Virus record (IMG/VR): IMGVR_UViG_3300031578_000047
Location: 1-53,510 of that record
DNA length: 53,510 nucleotides
From: a virus
Taxonomy: Duplodnaviria > Caudoviricetes
Strand: one strand, 5' to 3'
Shown here one piece after another: positions 1-8,644 of the stretch (position 1 is its first letter; the number at the start of each line of letters is the position of its first letter). The translations under genes were made by a program, and so were the position numbers. A model generated the notes under the pieces. That model searched no databases and was not told where the DNA came from. It saw nothing but the letters and a program-made list of their open reading frames with translations.

Positions 1-2
1 GC

Positions 3-221
3 ATGAGCAGATACATGGCAGTTATCAGGGCAGCCGGCGAGCGCCGCGAGCTGGAGGCAGTCCGCTCCGACTACATCGGGGAGGCTCGCACCATGGCAGA
101 AAAGACGGCAGAGCGGCTAATGCTGCGCGGCGATATTACCGCCGGCGCGGACATAGCCATTGTCGAGAACGCCACAGGCATCAGGGCCGAGGAATACCAC
201 TGGCCACAATTACCGGCTTGA
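3..221 (+). CDS. Hypothetical early protein (72 aa)
   Basis: ORF co-oriented with the early cluster; no recognisable motif. Confidence 0.55.
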   Translation: MSRYMAVIRAAGERRELEAVRSDYIGEARTMAEKTAERLMLRGDITAGADIAIVENATGIRAEEYHWPQLPA

Positions 222-293
222 GGCGCCAGCTACAGGGGCCCGCGGGCTCCTGACTGGTGGCGCTTTTGCCATCATCAACGCGAGGATAAGACT

Positions 294-536
294 ATGCCAT
301 TCGTAAGCCAGAAATTTATCGACACAAGGACCGGCGAGATCGTGACGCAAGTTCCGCTCTCCCAGATCGCCCACTTCGAGGAGTACAACGGGCCGCTGCA
401 GGCTGGTGACTTTGACACCACCAAGACCAAGGCGCCGGCGCCACGCTGCAACTGCAATGATCCTGAGATCGCCCAGTATGGGCCGACCATGCCGGGTCAC
501 TGGTTTGGCTGTCCTGCGCGCGGAGGTGCTAAATGA
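294..536 (+). CDS. Hypothetical protein with C-terminal CxC...HxxxC putative metal-binding motif (80 aa)
   Basis: GAGGA RBS at 282-286; ATGA overlap with the methyltransferase gene; RCNCND...HWFGC. Confidence 0.7.
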   Translation: MPFVSQKFIDTRTGEIVTQVPLSQIAHFEEYNGPLQAGDFDTTKTKAPAPRCNCNDPEIAQYGPTMPGHWFGCPARGGAK

Positions 537-1606
537 TTGCCGAGCAATTCTCACTATTCGACACGCCAGAGGTCGAGATGCCCGAATGGCAGCGCCGGCT
601 GACTCAGTTCAAGAAGCAGCCGGCGCCGGCGCCTGCTCCAGCATTAAAGCGGGGGCCCGTTGGGCTCCTGCGAATTGGAGCGACGGCAAGCAAGCTGGAA
701 ACCCTGGCAACAGCAATGCAGGCCAGCATTGACGCCTGTTTCGCTGACCGCCAGACCAACACGCCGAAACGACTGGGCCAAGCGATGAGCAAGCGGGCAG
801 AAGGCGAGCGCCTGAAGCGGACACAGTCCGCCATGCGGGCGCTTGCTGCTCTGCATCGGGGCGATGGATGCCCTGCCAGTCTGGCCGGCCTGACAAGCAA
901 GAAGGCAATCCACGATCTGATGGCCGCCAAGATGGAGCAGGTGCCAAACGGCTATCACTCGTACTATGTGGATAGTGGCAAACCTCGGGACGAGGCCAGC
1001 CCTGAAGCATTGCAATTGTGGGCGCTGCTGTCCGAGAAGTCAGAGGAGGAACAAAGAGCAGATGAGCTGCGCCAAGCTATAGAGGGCCTGCAGTTCAGCA
1101 AGATTCCGGGCTACTTTCCGACGCCTCCGGCAGTCGTCGATCTGATGCTGGACTATGCCCAGATCGAGCTCACGCATAAGGTACTGGAACCGAGTGCCGG
1201 CCATGGTGCTATCGTGGACAAGATCCCAGAATGCGCGGCGGTCGTGGTGTGCGAGGTCAATCATACGCTCTGCGACATCCTGCGCATGAAGGGCTTTGAT
1301 GCGAGGCCTACGGATTTCTTCGAGATGTACGAGCTGGCCAAGTTCGACCGCATCCTAATGAATCCGCCATTCGAGAAGCAGGCCGACATCGCGCACGTAT
1401 TCCACGCCTTCGATCATCTGAAACCTGGGGGCCGGCTGGTGTCAGTGATGTCAGCCTCGCCATTCTTCAGGACAGATAAGCGGTCGACCGAGTTTCAGCG
1501 ATTCGTTGAGGAGCGCGGCGGCGAGGTCGTGGATCTGCCAGAGGGAGCATTCAAAGAATCCGGCACTGGTGTCAACACCAAGCTGGTCATCATCGACAAG
1601 GAGTAA
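533..1606 (+). CDS. Class I SAM-dependent DNA methyltransferase (amino/N6-adenine type) with ~180-aa N-terminal extension
   Basis: YFPTP, motif I LEPSAGHG, motif IV ILMNPPF, LKPGGRLV, C-terminal FKESGTGV. Confidence 0.9.
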   Translation: MIAEQFSLFDTPEVEMPEWQRRLTQFKKQPAPAPAPALKRGPVGLLRIGATASKLETLATAMQASIDACFADRQTNTPKRLGQAMSKRAEGERLKRTQSAMRALAALHRGDGCPASLAGLTSKKAIHDLMAAKMEQVPNGYHSYYVDSGKPRDEASPEALQLWALLSEKSEEEQRADELRQAIEGLQFSKIPGYFPTPPAVVDLMLDYAQIELTHKVLEPSAGHGAIVDKIPECAAVVVCEVNHTLCDILRMKGFDARPTDFFEMYELAKFDRILMNPPFEKQADIAHVFHAFDHLKPGGRLVSVMSASPFFRTDKRSTEFQRFVEERGGEVVDLPEGAFKESGTGVNTKLVIIDKE

Positions 1607-1609
1607 CCA

Positions 1610-1876
1610 ATGAGCACGTTTAACACACTACTGCACGGATCCGCGGCTGACGCTGCGGGAATACTTGGGGGCGATAATGCGCCTTCGGACAACATGAGCC
1701 TGCGAGCTGCGCTTACCAACGCGCTAGACCGCATCGATATATTAGAGCGGAGACTCAACAGCAAGGGCAGGCCGGGTATCCGGCCGCCTGCTGAGTGTCG
1801 CGATTGCGGCACGATCTACACCAAGAAGGACATCGGCCAGACCTGCGGCGAGTGTCATCGTGGGGTGATCGAGTGA
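1610..1876 (+). CDS. Small protein with C-terminal Zn ribbon
   Basis: AGGAG RBS; CRDC...CGEC motif. Confidence 0.7.
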   Translation: MSTFNTLLHGSAADAAGILGGDNAPSDNMSLRAALTNALDRIDILERRLNSKGRPGIRPPAECRDCGTIYTKKDIGQTCGECHRGVIE

Positions 1877-2070
1877 AGCCTAACGCTGCTGAGTACAACC
1901 CGGATCCGGATTACTTCTCTGATCTGGTGGCGTCGACTGGATTGACGCAGAAGGACCTGGCTAAGGTCATCGGTTGCACCGACCGGGCAATCCGGCAATG
2001 GTGCTCAGGACAGCGCAAGTTCAGCTATCAGACTCAGTTCACGCTTGAGGCGCTGGTGCTTGGTGTTTAG
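1873..2070 (+). CDS. XRE-family helix-turn-helix protein (65 aa)
   Basis: GTG start in GTGA overlap with the upstream stop; GLTQKDLAKVIGCTDRAIRQWCSGQRK is an XRE HTH pattern. Confidence 0.8.
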   Translation: MKPNAAEYNPDPDYFSDLVASTGLTQKDLAKVIGCTDRAIRQWCSGQRKFSYQTQFTLEALVLGV

Positions 2071-2420
2071 TTGCGGAGGTCGGGGTCAATGTACCCGGCC
2101 TCGCCTTTCTTGAAGTCGTCAGGGTCATCGCTCTCGCGATACTTGGCAGACTCAGGGACCCGGACCACGCCAATCTTGTCGTTGTACAGAACAAGAACAT
2201 CACCGGGGCTGACTTGGATGTCGGCCCCGGTGAATGCTCCTTGAATCAAGAGCTGGTCGCCGGGTATCGGCTTGATGCGCACCATGAAGTCCTCAAGGAA
2301 CCGAGCAACTTCCTCCTGATTCTCGACGCGCCATTGGATGTGTGGACAACCTGGGGGCAAGTCCCGCGGATGTGGAATCGCAGCAGCTACGCCTCGGCCG
2401 CGTAAGTTAGTGTCTGCCAT
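2067..2420 (-). CDS. Hypothetical protein (117 aa)
   Basis: Last ORF of the leftward operon; converges on the HTH gene. Confidence 0.65.
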   Translation of the reverse strand: MADTNLRGRGVAAAIPHPRDLPPGCPHIQWRVENQEEVARFLEDFMVRIKPIPGDQLLIQGAFTGADIQVSPGDVLVLYNDKIGVVRVPESAKYRESDDPDDFKKGEAGYIDPDLRN

Positions 2421-2504
2421 TTACCATTCTCCAGACGTTCGGGAGCCTCCAGCGGAGACCGGATTCGGAACAACTCCCCGCATACCATCTGATACTTTGG
2501 CCAC
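2421..2504 (-). CDS. Possible 27-aa micro-ORF
   Basis: GTG...TAA fills the gap, and its stop abuts the next ATG; no other support. Confidence 0.2.
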   Translation of the reverse strand: MAKVSDGMRGVVPNPVSAGGSRTSGEW

Positions 2505-2511
2505 TCTGGAT

Positions 2512-2979
2512 TCAGAGCGACAATGATCGGTCGGTAGACGGTAATCGTGCGTTTGCATTCAGTCGTATCCATTCGTTTCTTGTGCGCCTCGCGGCTCGAC
2601 GGTTGACATTGTGCTCAGGCCATGGGCTCGCGTCAAACTCAGCGAGCAGAAAATTCTGCACTGGGATCAGTACCTTGACCTCATCTCCGAAGTGTTCCTC
2701 GAAAGGAATCCTGCCATGAGCCAATGCGGGACCCAGATCGCGACGATACTTGGAGCGCCGGCCAGAGCCATGCGTGTGGCCAAAGTGATGCCAGATGCAC
2801 AGGCCAATCGTGGCCATATGCTCGTCCTCAAGGCGCCGGCCGCGGTTGGTGACATGCTCAATGGTGGTGTGCCTGTCCAGATAGCCGCGCAGCAGGCATG
2901 GCAGGCAGCCGCAATAGATCGCAATGGTATCCATGCGCTGCCGCTCGTTCTTGCGAGCTCGCGGAGTCTTACCGACCAT
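2512..2979 (-). CDS. Ref-like (RecA-dependent HNH) nuclease
   Basis: GCLPC...TIEHV...HMATIGLCIWHH...FEEHFGDE matches the phage P1 Ref family pattern; ATG at 2979 has a GAGG RBS. Confidence 0.7.
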   Translation of the reverse strand: MVGKTPRARKNERQRMDTIAIYCGCLPCLLRGYLDRHTTIEHVTNRGRRLEDEHMATIGLCIWHHFGHTHGSGRRSKYRRDLGPALAHGRIPFEEHFGDEVKVLIPVQNFLLAEFDASPWPEHNVNRRAARRTRNEWIRLNANARLPSTDRSLSL

Positions 2980-3169
2980 CCTCAAACCGCGGATTAAGCC
3001 TACTAATCTCCGCAAGAGCATCCCGCAAATGACTGCGCGGCCGCCTTCGAACGAAAGCCTTATCTATTCCGGCACGAAGGATTTTTACTTCAGCGGTCAG
3101 GCGCTCGATTTCAGCGTCCTGCTCGACAATGATCTTTCGCGCGTGTTTGTAGTCAGTCACGATTCTCAC
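2969..3169 (-). CDS. Hypothetical coiled-coil protein (66 aa)
   Basis: Overlaps both neighbours in the operon. Confidence 0.55.
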   Translation of the reverse strand: MRIVTDYKHARKIIVEQDAEIERLTAEVKILRAGIDKAFVRRRPRSHLRDALAEISRLNPRFEDGR

Positions 3170-3419
3170 TTCCCTTCTCCTTCCAGTGCCTGTCTACGCC
3201 CGGATCGCAACTATCTTTCCACTGCTCTAGCTCAACCTCCAGCTCATCGACCCTTGCTTGCAGTCGATCAACTGCGTCTTTGTCCCATATTGACTCTGCT
3301 ACCCTCCAATGGACACACGCATCTTCCAGCTCGGCTATGCGCTTTAATGCTTCAATAAACTCAGGCGCATCATGTGTTCTTTTACAGAACGGGCAGTATG
3401 ATTGTGGGTCACTCATCAC
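3153..3419 (-). CDS. Hypothetical protein with CxxC-x3-H motif and coiled coil (88 aa)
   Basis: AGGAGAG RBS; YCPFCKRTH; ALKRIAELE. Confidence 0.65.
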   Translation of the reverse strand: MMSDPQSYCPFCKRTHDAPEFIEALKRIAELEDACVHWRVAESIWDKDAVDRLQARVDELEVELEQWKDSCDPGVDRHWKEKGSENRD

Positions 3420-3425
3420 TCTCTC

Positions 3426-3608
3426 CTATCCATGATCTCTACTCCCAACGCCTACAGCCCTCGGCCGGCGCTTGTTGCCGCGTGTTTCCAGCGGCGGGTT
3501 GATCTTCCACTTCCAGTCCTTGAGGTACTGGTCAATCCTGGCAGTCGACCAGCCACGGCGCTCAAGCTGCCGGCGCTTGGCTTCAGCCTTAGTATTCAGT
3601 GATGTCAT
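3426..3608 (-). CDS. Small basic hypothetical protein (60 aa)
   Basis: Tightly packed in the operon. Confidence 0.55.
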   Translation of the reverse strand: MTSLNTKAEAKRRQLERRGWSTARIDQYLKDWKWKINPPLETRGNKRRPRAVGVGSRDHG

Positions 3609-3610
3609 AG

Positions 3611-3928
3611 CTATAGCTCCGGCACATCACCGACCAGTATCGTGTCGTCATCTCTACGCGACGATGCGATGGTCAGCTCAAGCCAGTCCTGATTCGTTTG
3701 GTCCCACTTCCACGCATAGCCGTGAATTGCCTCCATGTAATTGCCAAACGAGATGTAAAGCACGGGATCGCCCGATTCCGTGTCGGTCGTCCGCATTACG
3801 CCGAGGTTTTTCAGCACATCAAGCACAGCAATGGCGGCGGCCGAGCATTGTTTTTTCTTGAAGCCCTGCTCCTCCATCCAGTCGAGACAGTGTGTTTTTA
3901 TCCAATCTATTTTTTCCTGTTCGGTCAT
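3611..3928 (-). CDS. Hypothetical protein (105 aa)
   Basis: ATG at 3928 directly after the upstream stop, preceded by GGAG. Confidence 0.65.
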   Translation of the reverse strand: MTEQEKIDWIKTHCLDWMEEQGFKKKQCSAAAIAVLDVLKNLGVMRTTDTESGDPVLYISFGNYMEAIHGYAWKWDQTNQDWLELTIASSRRDDDTILVGDVPEL

Positions 3929-3929
3929 C

Positions 3930-4391
3930 TCAATACTCCGTAATGTCATAGCCCATTGCCTTCATCAGTGCTCGTTTCAGTTTGTAGACGTCAGTCCGAT
4001 GACCGCTCTGCATCTTGACGTCCTCGATGACCCGATTGCCGAATGGCGCCTTGGTCAGGTAGGTAAAATCAGCCTCGTAGATGACCTGCCGATCCCATTT
4101 GTTGTGCTGGTTGGAGCTGGTCATTATCGGCACCCCGCCAATGATGATTGGAAATTCAGGATGCACTCGCAGATCCGAGATCTCGCCGGCTCGCTCCAGA
4201 ACCTTGAGATCCATGTAGCGCAGAAACTCGCGCTTGCTGTCGAACCTGATGCCGTCATGGATCGGCTTGTTCACGTTACCGTAGCGGCCCTTGCTCTTGC
4301 CATTGGTGGCCTGATGCTGCCCGGGCTTGTTACGCTTACCGACCGAGGTGCTGGCCAGATCCTCCTCGCTCCATCGCTTTTGCTTTACCAT
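3930..4391 (-). CDS. DUF1064-like PD-(D/E)xK nuclease (putative resolvase)
   Basis: DGIRFDSKRE...AGEISDL...YEADFTY...VIEDVK...VYKLKRALM; GGAGG RBS. Confidence 0.82.
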   Translation of the reverse strand: MVKQKRWSEEDLASTSVGKRNKPGQHQATNGKSKGRYGNVNKPIHDGIRFDSKREFLRYMDLKVLERAGEISDLRVHPEFPIIIGGVPIMTSSNQHNKWDRQVIYEADFTYLTKAPFGNRVIEDVKMQSGHRTDVYKLKRALMKAMGYDITEY

Positions 4392-4470
4392 TGGCCTGCC
4401 CTCCAAGGAAGGTACGGCGGCAAGCCTCGGTCATGCAGGGGCGGCCTAGAGCCACCGAGGAGGGCACCAT

Positions 4471-4728
4471 TCATTTCTCACGCTCCATTCGTTTGATAAA
4501 TAGCCTGACAATCTTCTTGGCTGCCTTGTAGTCTGGCCACTCTCGGATGTTCTCACCGAGCGAGTCCTCCGCATCCCAACATGCCTCACCAAACCACGGT
4601 AGCCAGTCATCGCCGTGACGCTGCTTGAGCACAACCAGGGCGATGGCCAGCCGATCGGCAAGCAGGGCAATGCGTCTATCCGATCTTGCCTTGTGCTCGC
4701 AGTTTTCTTTGCATTGCTCCATAAGCAT
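4471..4728 (-). CDS. Hypothetical protein (85 aa)
   Basis: GAGGA RBS; overlaps the helicase 3' end. Confidence 0.55.
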   Translation of the reverse strand: MLMEQCKENCEHKARSDRRIALLADRLAIALVVLKQRHGDDWLPWFGEACWDAEDSLGENIREWPDYKAAKKIVRLFIKRMEREK

Positions 4729-6214
4729 ATTTCCTCGACTGGATGTAATTGCGGACCCGCTTGTCTGGGATTACAGGATTGAACGTATCCCAATCCCCGG
4801 GCGGCGTGACGCCAGCCTTCTTGCGGAACTGGTTGACTGCCCAGTTTTTCGATTCATTGTTGGCCCGCTGGTGGTGTAGCAGCATGGCATAGAAGGTTTC
4901 ATGCGGCGGCCAGCCCTCCGGCAGGCGCTTGACCATGTTCTTGCCAATTGGCACAAGGTCGGCCTCCTCGACAGCGACGTCGCGCTTGGAAAACGGAATC
5001 TCCCACCCGCAGTTTGGACAGCGGCGCTGGCCCCTGAAGATGTGGCCACAGTCACCGCACTCGTAATCCTTTGACTCCTTCTGCTCGCCTGACTCCTTCA
5101 TTTTCGACCAGTTCTCGCACGCTGCCTTGCCTTCATCGAGGCGCCACCGGAACAGATCGTCAGCCTGACCAAGGCGCAGCGTGTTGCCGGCATGGTCGAG
5201 CACCATGCAGGGGCCGTACCCTGGGCGCATCCCGCGGCCGATCATCTGCAGGTGCAGCACGATTGACTTGGTCGGTCTGGCCAGCACCACGCAGGTCACG
5301 CTCGGAGCGTCAAACCCATAGCTGGCGATGGAAACATTGCAGAGCACTTGCACAAAACCTGCCTTGAAATCATCCACGATTCGATCTCTGGCGCCCTGAT
5401 CGAGTCCGGTATGCAGGGACCTTGACTGGATCCCAAGCTGCTGGAAGCGGTCGTTCAGGGCCTCACAGTGAGCAATATCGACAGCGAACACGATTGTCTG
5501 TCGGTCCTTGGCCAGCCTGAGCCAATTGTCGACGACATCACCAACCAGAGTGACAGCGACCTTCGACAGCGGCGTGCGCTGATAGTCACCCTTGACGACT
5601 TTCATGCCTGTCAGGTCAGGAGTCGCTCCACCCCAATACTCACAGGGCGCGAGGAAGCCATCCGCGATGAGCTGCCGGACTGATGTCACATGCTTGATCT
5701 CTGTAAAAAAGCGCCCGAGACCCTTGCCAGTCATTCGTGCCGGCGTTGCGGTGTAACCGTCTATGCGGGCCTTGGGCGCGTAGTGGTGCAGGATCTCGAG
5801 GATCTTCGGCGCCATGCTGAGATGGCACTCATCTACCAGCAGGCGGTCGACCTTCGGGAACCAGAAATTAGAGCGGCGGGCGCGGGCAATCAGCGTCGGC
5901 CACGATACGACATGCACAGCGTTGACAGGATTCCAGCTCTCGCCCTCGCGCTTGGCCCTGAGCACCGACACGTTTTTGTAGCCAACGAGATCCTGGCAGA
6001 CTTGTGCGGTCTGCCCGAATATCTCATTGCGCGGCGTCAGGATCGCCGTACTGTTGCCGCGAGCCATCTCACGCTGAGCTATCAGGGCTTGGATGATCGT
6101 CTTGCCTGAGCCCGTAGGTGAGCAATGGATGACCTTATCGTCGAGGCCGTGATTCATGGCGTAGTTGACGTCATCCTCCTGATACTGGCGCGGCTCAATC
6201 TGCACAGGGGGCAC
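4676..6214 (-). CDS. Superfamily 2 DExH helicase (RadD/YejH-like) with C-terminal Zn finger
   Basis: SPTGSGKT (I), DECH (II), TATP (III), QMIGRGMR (VI), LDHAGN, CGDC...CPNC. Confidence 0.93.
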   Translation of the reverse strand: MPPVQIEPRQYQEDDVNYAMNHGLDDKVIHCSPTGSGKTIIQALIAQREMARGNSTAILTPRNEIFGQTAQVCQDLVGYKNVSVLRAKREGESWNPVNAVHVVSWPTLIARARRSNFWFPKVDRLLVDECHLSMAPKILEILHHYAPKARIDGYTATPARMTGKGLGRFFTEIKHVTSVRQLIADGFLAPCEYWGGATPDLTGMKVVKGDYQRTPLSKVAVTLVGDVVDNWLRLAKDRQTIVFAVDIAHCEALNDRFQQLGIQSRSLHTGLDQGARDRIVDDFKAGFVQVLCNVSIASYGFDAPSVTCVVLARPTKSIVLHLQMIGRGMRPGYGPCMVLDHAGNTLRLGQADDLFRWRLDEGKAACENWSKMKESGEQKESKDYECGDCGHIFRGQRRCPNCGWEIPFSKRDVAVEEADLVPIGKNMVKRLPEGWPPHETFYAMLLHHQRANNESKNWAVNQFRKKAGVTPPGDWDTFNPVIPDKRVRNYIQSRKYAYGAMQRKLRAQGKIG

Positions 6215-6413
6215 ACTCGCAAAGTATTTCCTGACAGATCGGGCAGATGGAAGAATCTGCTGAGATCAGGTTCCACTCCTGTTCTGCCAAATCCCTGATG
6301 CAGACCCGACAGGTGGCACAGAAGGCGACCGGGATGATCCCGAATTCGCCCTCCATGCCCTCCTCGTCAGCGTCGAACGATGTGCTACAGGTTGAGCAGT
6401 AGCGAGTTTTCAC
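6195..6413 (-). CDS. Cys-rich Zn-finger protein (72 aa)
   Basis: CSTC, CATC, CPIC motifs; ATGA coupling. Confidence 0.6.
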   Translation of the reverse strand: MKTRYCSTCSTSFDADEEGMEGEFGIIPVAFCATCRVCIRDLAEQEWNLISADSSICPICQEILCECAPCAD

Positions 6414-6940
6414 TCCTCGGTCTCCGTTTCGTCAGTCTTGACCGGCACCGACTCCATGCCCGGAGCAGCGTGGTACGACTGGATGTTGCCGTACTGATCC
6501 CGCATCTCCGGGTTGCCCGGATTGAAATGATGCTCCGTGCCGAGCGTGGACTTGCGCATTATGGAGTTGCGGAACACAAGGCCCACCATGTTCTGATGGT
6601 CCTCGACTCGCTTCTGCTCATAAGCCAGTGACATCTGCAGCACCTCGGCCTGAGACTCGCGATCCTGCAGCTCTGACTCGCGCGTGTGGTAGTGCGCTAA
6701 GTCGCTTTTGAGGTCTGCAATGGTGGTGGCCGCCGCATCATAGTTTCTCTCGATGGCCTTGAGCTCCTCCTCCAGATCTTTTTTGCCCTTGCGCAGCCAT
6801 TCGTTTGTGCTCTCGAGTGATGCGACCTCGTCCTTGAGGTGGAGAAACTGTTTCATAGCCTCGCCACTGAATGCCGCCTCTCCGCTCAGATCGAGGATGA
6901 TTTTGCTGATTTTCTCCATGTGGTTGTCGTTGTCCGCCAT
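6410..6940 (-). CDS. Coiled-coil hypothetical protein (176 aa)
   Basis: GAGGAG RBS; TAATG overlap; heptad pattern. Confidence 0.7.
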   Translation of the reverse strand: MADNDNHMEKISKIILDLSGEAAFSGEAMKQFLHLKDEVASLESTNEWLRKGKKDLEEELKAIERNYDAAATTIADLKSDLAHYHTRESELQDRESQAEVLQMSLAYEQKRVEDHQNMVGLVFRNSIMRKSTLGTEHHFNPGNPEMRDQYGNIQSYHAAPGMESVPVKTDETETEE

Positions 6941-7653
6941 TACTTTCTCCTCATTACGAGCACAGCATGAGCCAGCCAGCTCGAGACATACTCAAAGTCA
7001 GCGACGTCATCCTTGTTTGGGTTTAGTTTCGTGACATCCCCGCCGCCGTATGGCAGCGCCTTGATTGCCGACATCGCCTGCCTGAGCTCCTCGAGCTCGG
7101 CTTCCTCCTGGGTAGGAGCCGGCCGCGTTGGGCGTACATCCTCTGGCTTCGGATCCACGGCCTTCCCGGGCTTGTTCTTGCCGCCCGGTTTGACGTCCTC
7201 GAGCATACGCTCACGCACGCGGCGAACAGTGTGGCGATTGACGCGGCACATATCGGCAATCTCCTGAACAGCCATCTGCGACACCTCCGGATCCTTGAGG
7301 GCCATCTCAACAACGTGGATCTTGTCGGCGTTGGTGCGGCGAGCTCCGTGCTCCGTGTTGGCGCCAAGGCAATACCGGAAGGCCGCGTGCAGGTCGCCGT
7401 CATGCAGCTCACACTTGACCTCTGTGATGTCGCACTCAACAAAGGCCTGCAGGCGTTGAAAACCATCGGCCAGAATATATCGCTCGCTATTCACCTCAGC
7501 GAACACCACCAGCGGCGGGAAAACCGCCCCGTTGTGTATGTCCTCGACGTACTGCGCGACGACATCAGGATCCAGTTTTTTACGCGACTGGGTAGCGGCG
7601 CTGGCGAGGATATTGTCCGCGGCCAGCGTGATGATCTTATGCTTCGACGACAT
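6940..7653 (-). CDS. ParB/Srx-like N-terminal domain protein with HTH
   Basis: FPPLVVF...YILADGFQRLQA...ANTEHGARRTNAD, followed by HTH-like AVQEIADMCRVNRHTVRRVR. Confidence 0.8.
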   Translation of the reverse strand: MSSKHKIITLAADNILASAATQSRKKLDPDVVAQYVEDIHNGAVFPPLVVFAEVNSERYILADGFQRLQAFVECDITEVKCELHDGDLHAAFRYCLGANTEHGARRTNADKIHVVEMALKDPEVSQMAVQEIADMCRVNRHTVRRVRERMLEDVKPGGKNKPGKAVDPKPEDVRPTRPAPTQEEAELEELRQAMSAIKALPYGGGDVTKLNPNKDDVADFEYVSSWLAHAVLVMRRK

Positions 7654-7951
7654 GGGTATCTCCCGGCATCAGGTCAAGCTGCTTGTTGTATAGCGCCTCG
7701 AGCTCGTTCTCGACCTCGTTGGCAAGCTGCGTGATGAGCTGCTCGCGCAGCGTCTTGGTCTGGCCACCGCAACAGAGCTGCATAACCACATCAGGAGGAA
7801 GGCTGGTTTTGGCAGACTTCAGTGAATCTTCAACCGCCGCCCTGACATCTGCGGCGATCACATCCAGGCGCTCCGCCGACTGCAGCCGAAGCCGCTGGCG
7901 GAAAGACAATTTCCTGATTTGTTGCTTAGCAACATTCTTCTTTTTACTCAC
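7637..7951 (-). CDS. Hypothetical protein (104 aa)
   Basis: GTGA overlap with the upstream gene. Confidence 0.6.
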   Translation of the reverse strand: MSKKKNVAKQQIRKLSFRQRLRLQSAERLDVIAADVRAAVEDSLKSAKTSLPPDVVMQLCCGGQTKTLREQLITQLANEVENELEALYNKQLDLMPGDTHVVEA

Positions 7952-8187
7952 GATTCGTCCCTCTCATTAAGTTCATCCTCGGCCGCGGACAGGAAGCTAC
8001 GCATCTTCTCCTCCATCTCCTTGACCTCCTCAACCGTCATTCGAGTACCGTCCTCATGGACTCGGTACTTCGGAAGCGGGACAGGATCAATGTTTTTGAC
8101 CGCCCACTTCAGATAGCCGGACGGAATCTCCGCCAGCAGTTCGCCCTCATGCTTGCCAAAATGGCATCGCAACCCCTCGTCACTCAT
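7948..8187 (-). CDS. DUF3820/ExoX C-terminal-like small protein (79 aa)
   Basis: HFGKHEGELLAEIPSGYLKW signature. Confidence 0.72.
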   Translation of the reverse strand: MSDEGLRCHFGKHEGELLAEIPSGYLKWAVKNIDPVPLPKYRVHEDGTRMTVEEVKEMEEKMRSFLSAAEDELNERDES

Positions 8188-8339
8188 TTTTCTCTCCCAA
8201 TTTCCTCGCCATCGTTAAATTTGATCCACTTCAGGGCGGCATTCGGAAACACCTGCCTGACCAGATCCATGAATTCACGGTCGGAATCGGACAGCTTCGC
8301 CCGGATCCGCTCTCTTTCGCTCTGCTGCGTTTTCTCCAC
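8184..8339 (-). CDS. Small hypothetical protein (51 aa; not in ORF track)
   Basis: GGAGG RBS, GTG start, MEKTQQSERERIRAKLSDSDREFMDLVRQVFPNAALKWIKFNDGEEIGREK, ATGA overlap with the next gene. Confidence 0.65.
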   Translation of the reverse strand: MEKTQQSERERIRAKLSDSDREFMDLVRQVFPNAALKWIKFNDGEEIGREK

Positions 8340-8359
8340 ACATACCTCCGGGCCTTTGG

Positions 8360-8640
8360 CCTGATCGGAAGGATCGGTTACTCGGCTCGCCTTTGTCCTG
8401 TCGGATGCGCCTAATGGCCACGCAGATCAAAGGACAGCCCGTTGGTCCTCCCTGCGATTTTTGCCTGCTACGAGTTTCGGTCGAGTGTGGGGGTAGCACC
8501 GCTGGTTGCGGTTGAGGGTTGCGAGAGACACAAGATCTTGTGTTAAGATGCTCGCGTCTGGTTTTCGCCCGTCAAAGCCAACCAGATTCGAGGCCCCTTT
8601 TCCGTGTCGGAGTAGGGGCCTCACTTCGTTTGAATGTAGC
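8360..8640. other. Multi-hairpin non-coding element (candidate origin or structured RNA)
   Basis: Inverted repeats 8390-8395/8428-8433, 8466-8471/8493-8498, 8521-8525/8551-8555, 8557-8563/8580-8586, 8590-8598/8614-8622. Confidence 0.5.
8528..8543. promoter_or_regulatory. Perfect 16-bp palindrome ACACAAGATCTTGTGT, NrdR-box-like
   Basis: Palindrome seen directly; resembles the NrdR consensus acaCwAtATaTwGtgt. Confidence 0.45.
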
Positions 8641-8644
8641 GGAG

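Noticed and set aside
4407-4470. Intergenic stem CCTCGGT/ACCGAGG considered as a tRNA
   Set aside because: No cloverleaf, T-loop or CCA; a single 7-bp stem is too weak to call
6940-7653. Plasmid-prophage partition system
   Set aside because: No ParA, parS array or Rep gene; stand-alone ParB-like domains are common in phages
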